Assembly: GCA_043814315.1 (NCBI GenBank)
Contig: JBDRKE010000023.1
Location: 15,576 to 79,575, forward strand
Direction: 5' to 3'
Length of the DNA: 64,000 nt
Source of the DNA: Candidatus Omnitrophota bacterium
GTDB taxonomy: Bacteria > Omnitrophota > Gorgyraeia > Gygaellales > Profunditerraquicolaceae
In this document: one piece after another, positions 57,216 to 64,000 of the stretch
How the letters are laid out: every line of letters starts with the position of its first letter
Numbering within the stretch: the stretch's first letter is position 1
Position numbers and translations under genes: made by a program
The notes under the pieces: model-generated
What the model saw: the letters and a program-made list of their open reading frames with translations, nothing else
Told to the model about the DNA's origin: nothing
The model's database searches: none

Positions 57216-58438
57216 TTAATCTCCGTCCCCTTCGCTACCACCACAATTCCCGACTCCGTAACATGAAAGCGCTTTTTATCCTGCTCCGCATCGTAACCAA
57301 TAACCATTCCCTGCGGTATCTGAACGTCCTTGTCAATGATGGCCCTTTTGACTTTGGCGTGCCTGCCGACATCAACCCCTTCCATAAGGATAGAATCGAT
57401 GACCTGGCTGTAGCTGTTAATCCTCACATTACAAGAAAGGATGGAACGTTGAATCCTGCCACCGCTGACTATACAGCCGTTAGAAACCACGGAATCAAGC
57501 ACTAGCCCGACCCTGCCCGTTACTTCCTCGCCGCTAAATACGGTTTTAGCCGGAGGAAACTGTTCCTGATAGGTCCTGATGGGCCAATCCTTATCGTAAA
57601 GATTGAATACGGGATGCACCTGAATCAGGTCCATATTCGCTTCATAATAAGCATCAATGGTCCCTATATCGCGCCAGTATTTGGCTTCTTTTTTATTTTC
57701 GTCAATAAAATTATAAAGGGATATCTTTAATCCTTTTTTAAGCAGCGAAGGGATGATATCTTTGCCAAAGTCATGGTGGGTGGAGCGTCTTTTAGAATCC
57801 TCCTGCAATTCTCTTTCCAGGATGCTGCGCTTAAACACATAGATACCCATGGAGGCGTAAACCTTATCGGGATCAGAGGGAATTGTTTTTGGCTTGGGAG
57901 GTTTTTCCTGAAAGCCGATAATCCTGCCAAAATCGTCTGACTCCACAATCCCCAGATTCACTGCCTTATCCTTGCTGACCTCAACCACCCCCACGGTCAT
58001 ATCCGCATCCTGTTCTCGATGAAAATCCAGCATGGAATAATAGTTCATCTTGTACACATGGTCTCCGGCAAGAATCAGGACTTCTTCGGGATGATCAATC
58101 TCCAGGGTATAAAGGTTCTGGTAGATCGCATCCGCAGTCCCCAGGTACCAGGAATCACCGACCCTCTGCTGGGCAGGCAGTATTTCAATGAACTGGCCTA
58201 ACTCAGAAGGCAGGATATTCCACCCTAAACGAATGTGCCTCTGCAAAGACGCTGACTTATACTGGGTCAGCAAATATATTTTACGCAAGCCGGAATTGAT
58301 GCAATTACTCAACGTAAAGTCTATGATTCTGTGGATTCCGCCGAAGGGCACAGCAGGCTTGGTCCTGTCCCGGGTCAAAGGGTATAACCGCTCTCCCTTG
58401 CCACCGGCCATGATGAATGTCAAAACCTGGTGCGTCAT
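57212..58438 (-). CDS. glgC: Glucose-1-phosphate adenylyltransferase
   Basis: [26 protein letters not shown] N-terminus and a C-terminal left-handed beta-helix region. Confidence 0.92.
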   Translation of the reverse strand: [408 protein letters not shown]

Positions 58439-59034
58439 TGGAAAAACCCTCCCATAATCCCTTTGCGGATCATCATCACGCCTATTGCCGCAAGCAAAAT
58501 ATATACAATCTTAGAGAATGCCCTGGTACCGCTTGTTCCCATGACTTTCATAATGGTATCCGCCTTAGCCAGCGTCACCCAGACAATCAGCATATTGAGC
58601 AGCAATGATACGGTTGTCGGTAATAAGCCAAAGGCGTTATGCATCATCAGGGTGGTGGTCAATACGGCAGGGCCCGTAACCAGGGGCGTGCCTAAAGGGA
58701 ATACGCCGATATTTTTTTCATGGCCGTTAGCCAAAAGGCTCTTGGCGGTTCCCGGCATAAGCAGCCGCACGGAGATAATGAATAAAAGTGCGCCTCCGGC
58801 TATCTGGAAATCGGAGATCGTAATTCCGATAAAAGCTAAAATCCACTTGCCGATCAACACAAAAAGAATGGCCACGGCTGTGGCGGTAGCAACCGTATCC
58901 AAGATAACCTTGCGCCTCTGTTTTTTGCCTAAGGAATCTACCAGGGAAATAAACAAAGGAATGTTGCCTATAGAATCCACCGCCACAAATATGGGGATAA
59001 ATGTAAGTATGTAAGGCTCTAGGGCTTTAAGCAT
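58435..59034 (-). CDS. MarC/UPF0056-family integral membrane protein
   Basis: 199 aa, about 6 TM, N-terminus FIPIFVAVDSIGNIPLFISL typical of the MarC family. Confidence 0.7.
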   Translation of the reverse strand: MLKALEPYILTFIPIFVAVDSIGNIPLFISLVDSLGKKQRRKVILDTVATATAVAILFVLIGKWILAFIGITISDFQIAGGALLFIISVRLLMPGTAKSLLANGHEKNIGVFPLGTPLVTGPAVLTTTLMMHNAFGLLPTTVSLLLNMLIVWVTLAKADTIMKVMGTSGTRAFSKIVYILLAAIGVMMIRKGIMGGFFQ

Positions 59035-59042
59035 AGTTTTAT

Positions 59043-59070
59043 ATTATACTCCTCATTTTTTTTGCTTCAA
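59043..59070 (-). promoter_or_regulatory. Candidate start-proximal promoter of the MarC-like gene
   Basis: Minus strand reads TTGAAG-16 nt-TATAAT, with only 8 nt to ATG 59034. Confidence 0.35.
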
Positions 59071-59298
59071 GTACTTTTTAGCGGGATGCACTATCAAGAT
59101 AAAAATGTCCTATTCCTTGAAAATTTTCCAGGCTATTTTATGGGGCGGGCAGAAACGAAGCCTTACCTCGGGGATTAGAGTAACTTCAGGTGGGCGAGGT
59201 TTCTTGCGGGGAAAAAAATGATCGTTATTTCGCAAAACTTTTTCGAATTGGGATGTAATAGGGCCCGAGGGGAAACCTCTCGCTATTTACTAGTATGT

Positions 59299-59327
59299 AT
59301 TATAAGGCTATATAGAGTGATTATCAA
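59299..59327 (-). promoter_or_regulatory. Candidate distal promoter in the 444-nt gap
   Basis: Minus strand reads TTGATA-17 nt-TATAAT. Confidence 0.45.
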
Positions 59328-59478
59328 GGAAATTCAGGCTTTAGAGAGAACTATTCCTCGCCAAAAAATGTCCGTTTTGTCCGGTAATTTTTGTCCTTAA
59401 ATCTCATAACTCTTTTGGAAGTAAAGAGATATACGATGCCTGATCAGGACTAGCGGACATTCTGTCTCTAGGCAGCCT

Positions 59479-60231
59479 TTAATTTGATACTTCCTTCTTA
59501 ATTTTACTGATCTTAGAAGGCAATATGACAATTTCAACTCTGCGGTTTTTCTGCATGTTCTCCTTTGTGTCATTTGCCACAACCGGCCGGAATTCTCCAT
59601 AGCCATTAGCAGAAAGCCTTGTCGGTTTTACCTTGCACTCATCAATAAGATAATGCAATACTGCTAATGCCCGCGCCGACGAAAGTTCCCAGTTTGACTT
59701 CCAACCCGAATATTTTATCGGCTGGTTATCCGTATGGCCTTCAATGGCAACATTGGAATTAGGGACATCGCGGTTTAAAACTCCAGCTACTTTCTGAAGT
59801 AATTCATTGCCGTCTCCACGGATTATGTCTTTTCCTGAATCAAAAAATACCTCAGACAAAAAAGTAATCACCAGCCCCCGCTCCGTCATCTCCAGCTTAG
59901 CTTTATAGTTTCCGATTTCTTTCTTAAGGGCATCTTCTAGCTCAAGTTTTGCTTTTTCAAGCTCGGAAAGCTCTCTATCCTTCTCTCTAACTACCTGCTC
60001 AACTTCTTTTGCCTTCTCTTTCTGAAGTTGTGCAATCCAAACCCGTAAATTCTGATTCTCGGCCTCCAGTTCATCAGCTCTTTCAGCTTTTTGAATATAG
60101 GCACATCCGGACATTGTAGATACTGCAAAAAACATGATAATTACAAATTTAATCTTCGTGGGTAAACCTCCTTTATTATAGCTGTTCGAAATATTTATAG
60201 GCATGTAATGACACCTTTGCAATAAATTCAT
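59479..60231 (-). CDS. OmpA/MotB-domain protein with coiled-coil region
   Basis: C-terminal OmpA-like block GHTDNQPI...NWELSSARALAV...NRRVEIVI; N-terminal lipobox-like MSGC; GGAGGA SD 7 nt upstream. Confidence 0.8.
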   Translation of the reverse strand: MNLLQRCHYMPINISNSYNKGGLPTKIKFVIIMFFAVSTMSGCAYIQKAERADELEAENQNLRVWIAQLQKEKAKEVEQVVREKDRELSELEKAKLELEDALKKEIGNYKAKLEMTERGLVITFLSEVFFDSGKDIIRGDGNELLQKVAGVLNRDVPNSNVAIEGHTDNQPIKYSGWKSNWELSSARALAVLHYLIDECKVKPTRLSANGYGEFRPVVANDTKENMQKNRRVEIVILPSKISKIKKEVSN

Positions 60232-60268
60232 AAGACTTTCCTCCTTTTATACATTCAAAATTATAATT

Positions 60269-61267
60269 TCATTTTGAATCTGTTTTAACTTTAAAAACAG
60301 ATTCCTTTTCATCATAAATCTCACCAAAAAGTTCTTCAAGCACATCTTCCATAGTTAAAACTCCCATATTTTGCCTTCGGCTATTCTGAACAATAAAAAG
60401 ATGCTGATGGTAAGCCTGAAACTTCTCTAAAAGCTTATCTGCCTTTTCATTCTCATCTACAAATATGGGTCTGGACATAAAATCTTGTACTTTTGCCTCG
60501 TAATTATCTTTGGCAATCTCTCTTAACAGAACTCTTTGTTGACATATTCCCGCAATATCGGAGATATCCTTTCCATAAACAACGATTCTACTGTATGGGG
60601 AATTAACTATCGCTTCTCTAACTTCAGAAAGTGACTTATCAGCTTGGAGGGCATATATATTTTCTATGGGCTTCAACATTTGGAATGCCCTTAAGTCGTT
60701 GAGCTTAAATACTCTGTTACACAGAGTTTCCTCATCAGTCTCAACGGTGCCTGCCGCCCTACCCAATTGAAGCATAATCTTTATCTCTTCTTCGGTTACT
60801 TTTGGTAGTTTAGATCCCCTTTTAAAGGGATTGGTGGCTAAAACTAAAATCCCAACCAGTGGCCTAAACAACCACATCAAGCCCTGCAATGGCTTTGCGC
60901 TTGCTAAACAAATCTCAACTTTGTAATGCTCCCCAACAGTCTTAGGTATTACTTCAGAGATAACTATGATAGCAAAGGTGATAACCGCAGAAGCAATGCC
61001 TAACCAATGCCTGCCGAATAAGTAAGTTACTCGCTGACCAACAAATATCGAACCAATTATATTAATACTGTTATTAAGTATAACGATTGTAGCAACAGCC
61101 AGATGGATATTCTCTTTAATAGAAAGGAGTGTTTTTGAGCCTTTGCGCTTTTGTTCAAATAGAATCCTTGCTTTTACCAGTGGAAGACTTAAAATAGCCG
61201 CCTCTACCATAGAGCAGATACCAGAAAGAAAAAGTATGCTTATGACTAATATTATCAGCGTTAACAT
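60269..61267 (-). CDS. CNNM/DUF21 transmembrane domain protein with CBS pair (HlyC/CorC-type divalent cation transporter)
   Basis: N-terminal 4-TM DUF21-like domain with EVIPKT, followed by a CBS pair; lacks the CorC_HlyC C-terminal domain. Confidence 0.75.
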   Translation of the reverse strand: MLTLIILVISILFLSGICSMVEAAILSLPLVKARILFEQKRKGSKTLLSIKENIHLAVATIVILNNSINIIGSIFVGQRVTYLFGRHWLGIASAVITFAIIVISEVIPKTVGEHYKVEICLASAKPLQGLMWLFRPLVGILVLATNPFKRGSKLPKVTEEEIKIMLQLGRAAGTVETDEETLCNRVFKLNDLRAFQMLKPIENIYALQADKSLSEVREAIVNSPYSRIVVYGKDISDIAGICQQRVLLREIAKDNYEAKVQDFMSRPIFVDENEKADKLLEKFQAYHQHLFIVQNSRRQNMGVLTMEDVLEELFGEIYDEKESVFKVKTDSK

Positions 61268-61288
61268 AGGATAATCTTTACTTTAATC

Positions 61289-61480
61289 TTAACCTCTCTT
61301 AATGAGGGGGGTTATCCATCCAATAATTATACCTATGAAAAGTGTCGAGAATATCACAATAGCCCTGCTCGTCCGGAATGACCAGAATAAAAATTGAATC
61401 TTAACAATTTCATAATTCTGCACAGCAAAAATTACTAAATGTAACAACAATATCAGAACAAGTATCCATTTCCAATTCAT
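61289..61480 (-). CDS. Small 2-TM membrane protein, LapA/DUF1049-like (tentative)
   Basis: 63 aa; paralogue of the partial ORF at 63853-64000 (QNYEIVKIQFLFWSFRTSRAIVIFSTLFIG vs QNYEVVRIKFLFWSFQTSRAIIIFSTLFIG). Confidence 0.55.
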   Translation of the reverse strand: MNWKWILVLILLLHLVIFAVQNYEIVKIQFLFWSFRTSRAIVIFSTLFIGIIIGWITPLIKRG

Positions 61481-61501
61481 TTATACAACTCGCATTATAT
61501 C

Positions 61502-62584
61502 TTAAAACCACCGTTTCCTTTTAAAATAAATTACCATCGTCAATACCACAAGAAACATTATGCCCCATGCAAATATATAGCCAAACCGCCAGGTAAGTTC
61601 AGGCATGTTTAGCTTTGAAAGACTAGGATCAAAATTCATTCCGTATATTCCGGCAATGAATGTTATGGGAATAAATATTGTCGCGATAATTGTAAGAACT
61701 TTCATTACCTCATTCATCTTGTTGCTTATGCTGGACATATAAATATCAAGCATTCCTGAAACCATATCCCGCAAAGATTCTATAGTGTCAATAACCTGAA
61801 TAGTATGGTCGTATAGGTCCCGCATATATACTGTTGTAGAATCCTGAAGCAAATCCGACTCTGTCCTTTGTAGCCCGCTAATTATCTCTCTCAATGGCCA
61901 TACGGATTTACGCAAGAATATCATATCTCTTTTTAAGCCTTGAATTATCTGTAATTTTTCAGTGCTCGGGTTCGCCACTAATTCGTCTTCCATATTTGCT
62001 ATTTTTTCACCCAGTTTTTCCAGTATTATAAAATAATTATCAACAACGGCATCCACTAAAGCATAGGCAAGATAATCCGCTCCGCTTTTTCTTATACGCC
62101 CTTTATTATCTCTAATCCTTCCTCTAATAGGATTGAATACGTCTCCTTCTTTTTCCTGGAATGAAATAACAAAATTTGCCCCAAGGATAAGGCTTACCTG
62201 TTCGGCTTTTGTCTCATCTTCCTTTTCGTCAAAATATAACATCTTCAAAACAATAAAAATATATTTGCCTGACTCCTCGAATTTGGGGCGTTGCAAAGTA
62301 TTCACTATATCTTCCAGAATAAGATGATGGATGTCAAAATGGGTACCAATTTTGCTGATAATATCTGTATCATGAAGGCCATCAATATTGATCCATGTTA
62401 TTGTAGGTGACTCTTTAAACGGAAAACATTCCTCAGCCTTCTTTAATTCTTTCTCCTGGAAATTCTCCTGATCGTAATCAATAATAGATATACGTGGCTT
62501 TTCAATTTTCTTCTCACCTACATATACAACGCTACCGGGAGCAAGACCAATTGTATTTGATATTTTTTTAACAAAATCTGACAT
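61502..62584 (-). CDS. corA: Magnesium/cobalt transporter CorA
   Basis: C-terminal two TM helices with the YGMNF signature; AGGAGG SD. Confidence 0.9.
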   Translation of the reverse strand: MSDFVKKISNTIGLAPGSVVYVGEKKIEKPRISIIDYDQENFQEKELKKAEECFPFKESPTITWINIDGLHDTDIISKIGTHFDIHHLILEDIVNTLQRPKFEESGKYIFIVLKMLYFDEKEDETKAEQVSLILGANFVISFQEKEGDVFNPIRGRIRDNKGRIRKSGADYLAYALVDAVVDNYFIILEKLGEKIANMEDELVANPSTEKLQIIQGLKRDMIFLRKSVWPLREIISGLQRTESDLLQDSTTVYMRDLYDHTIQVIDTIESLRDMVSGMLDIYMSSISNKMNEVMKVLTIIATIFIPITFIAGIYGMNFDPSLSKLNMPELTWRFGYIFAWGIMFLVVLTMVIYFKRKRWF

Positions 62585-62902
62585 ATGATCGCCTCCTACA
62601 AATATATTCGTTATCGAAAAAATACATGATTATAAAATTAAGACAGCCCCCCTCTGCTTTATCACTTAGGTAATCTTTTCTCCTATATGCTCTAGCGTAA
62701 AAGCAGTGCTACCTAACAACAAAAATATCATTATGAAAAGAATACTTCTTTTCATAATAAGGCCTTTTTGGCTCTTCTTTTTTTATAAACCACAGGGCCA
62801 GGAAATAAAAAATTACACCACAGATCAGTCCTCCGATTATGCTTCCGATAATAACAAGTCATAAAATTCTTAAAATCAGAACAATTGAAAGCAGAACAGT
62901 CC

Positions 62903-63103
62903 TTACCGAGCAGAAATCTGGATAAGATTTGCGAACATAGGAAGCGCTGCCAGTATGCCAATCTGTGCAGGATTTAAATTTAGAATCTTTAAAGCCAAGC
63001 CCATTAGAAAAATTCCGCCAGCCAATGAACCCATGACTACGAAAAATGCTCCATCGATAATTAAAAAATTAAGTGCTCTATCTTGTAGTTTTTTATCCAT
63101 CAT
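62903..63103 (-). pseudogene. Short membrane-protein fragment (MFS-like N-terminus), probably a gene remnant
   Basis: 66-aa ORF with 2 TM-like segments that ends abruptly. The next 150 nt contain further hydrophobic segments in other frames. Confidence 0.3.
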
Positions 63104-63825
63104 TATTTAGGAATTACGCATAATTCCTTTCTAATATTCTCTAATTTACCAAAACAAATAAGAGTGTCACCTAACATAATTTTGGTTTCCGCTGCAGGAT
63201 TAGGAGTTATCTCCTCTTTCCTTTCTACTGCTAAGACTGTTATATCATGGATTCTTAGGTCAGATTCAAATAAGGTTTTTTCTAGTATGAGGCTATCTTT
63301 GCATACCTCGATACTCGATACACCATAACCGCCGGTGGTAACTAGTAGTTCCTCAAAGGTTACCGGTTTAATAATTTCCTTCTTTACAATCCTTGCTCTT
63401 AATGCATCTGTTAGTTTTTTGGTAATGTTTGTGTGGGTAAAAAACCGGTAAATTGCATATATAGAGACTACAATAATTAACAAATTTATCCACGGTAATA
63501 AATTTGACGGAAAAACTAAATGCACAAATGGAATGGTAAACTTTGGCATAATAGTAGACGGCCTTAACGAATTAGCAAATGTTGCAATTACTGTAATAAG
63601 GCCTGCGTTTCCTAATACCATAAGGACCGAGGCAATGCGCCGCCTTTGAGGATTCCCGGTAATTAACTCTGCCTCTTTTGTAGTAAAACCTGTGCCGGAA
63701 AAACAAGATAAGGCCTGGAATTTTGCCAAAGACCATTCAAGACCGGTCAATTGAAACGCTATAGCACCGATTCTGACCACTATAAATGAGACTATAATTG
63801 CGAAAAGGAATAATAGTAAATTCAT
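63103..63825 (-). CDS. Membrane protein with C-terminal RCK_C (TrkA-C) domain, putative ion channel/transporter component
   Basis: N-terminal TM region with SGTGFTT; C-terminal ITVLAVERKEEITPNPAAETKIMLGDTLICFG matches the TrkA-C pattern; GGAGGA SD. Confidence 0.65.
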   Translation of the reverse strand: MNLLLFLFAIIVSFIVVRIGAIAFQLTGLEWSLAKFQALSCFSGTGFTTKEAELITGNPQRRRIASVLMVLGNAGLITVIATFANSLRPSTIMPKFTIPFVHLVFPSNLLPWINLLIIVVSIYAIYRFFTHTNITKKLTDALRARIVKKEIIKPVTFEELLVTTGGYGVSSIEVCKDSLILEKTLFESDLRIHDITVLAVERKEEITPNPAAETKIMLGDTLICFGKLENIRKELCVIPK

Positions 63826-63852
63826 GAGAATCCTCCTCTATTCACAATATTT

Positions 63853-64000
63853 TTATTGTCTTTTTATTAAAGAGATAAACCAGCCGATAAGGATGCCGAT
63901 AAAAAGGGTTGAGAAAATAATAATCGCTCTGCTTGTCTGAAAAGACCAAAAAAGAAATTTAATCCTAACCACTTCATAGTTCTGCGTAGTGAAAATAACT
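63853..64000 (-). CDS. Small membrane protein, LapA/DUF1049-like paralogue (C-terminal part; gene continues past window end)
   Basis: Manual translation ...TTQNYEVVRIKFLFWSFQTSRAIIIFSTLFIGILIGWFISLIKRQ*, closely similar to 61289-61480. Confidence 0.55.
   Translation of the reverse strand, partial: VIFTTQNYEVVRIKFLFWSFQTSRAIIIFSTLFIGILIGWFISLIKRQ

Noticed and set aside
59120-59215. G-rich structured segment (ggggcgggcagaaacgaagcc...) compared with the c-di-GMP-I (GEMM) riboswitch, given the GGDEF and PilZ genes in the window
   Set aside because: Only loose resemblance (GGCAGAAAC, ACGAAGCC). The conserved GEMM helices and tetraloop-receptor features could not be placed.
62585-62752. Looked for an M-box (Mg2+ riboswitch) upstream of corA because of GTTAGGTAGC and mutually exclusive pairings (TTAGGTA/TACCTAA vs CTGCTTT/AAAGCAG)
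   Set aside because: Apart from the GTTAGGT-like word I cannot align the conserved M-box core. Part of the region is also occupied by a 29-codon ORF. An Rfam scan is needed, so no claim is made.
62752-62961. 69-aa ORF MAYWQRFLCSQILSRF... on the minus strand
   Set aside because: Cys/Arg-rich, no recognisable family and no SD. It overlaps the more plausible membrane-protein fragment frames, so it is treated as spurious.

Overview
Bacterial chromosomal window, transcribed almost entirely on the minus strand; I cannot assign a taxon from sequence alone. Positions 1-25.8 kb hold the classic translation/transcription supercluster in reverse orientation: tRNA-Thr, rpmG, tRNA-Trp, secE-nusG-rplKAJL-rpoBC-rpsLG-fusA-tuf, the S10 operon and the spc operon as far as rplO. 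Downstream come rsmA-pdxA-surA-like (E. coli-like synteny), a short Mfd, secDF-yajC-rpsP, trpE, a his operon, alaS, recX, htrA, recA, and one plus-strand GAF-GGDEF gene. These are followed by smc, an HTH/prepilin/PilZ trio, a ferredoxin-fused EtfA/EtfB/acyl-CoA dehydrogenase operon, and GNAT-glgC-MarC-like genes. From about 59 kb there is a visibly more AT-rich ion-transport cluster. The coding content is ordinary; the non-coding DNA is not. Nearly every intercistronic gap is filled with hairpin-forming repeats belonging to several families. The most striking is a three-module structured element of about 200-265 bp. It lies in one orientation exactly between the upstream gene end and the ATG of rplV, rplB, fusA, rpsG and etfB, with a one-module version before rpsJ. 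It leaves those genes without a start-proximal Shine-Dalgarno box and shows compensatory stem substitutions between copies. Other palindromic repeats are inserted in frame inside alaS, pdxA and a prepilin gene; the prepilin one has 13-bp terminal inverted repeats and a TAAA duplication. All functional interpretations (split RBS, RNA processing punctuation, selfish MITE-like elements) are inference and need RNA-level and comparative tests.
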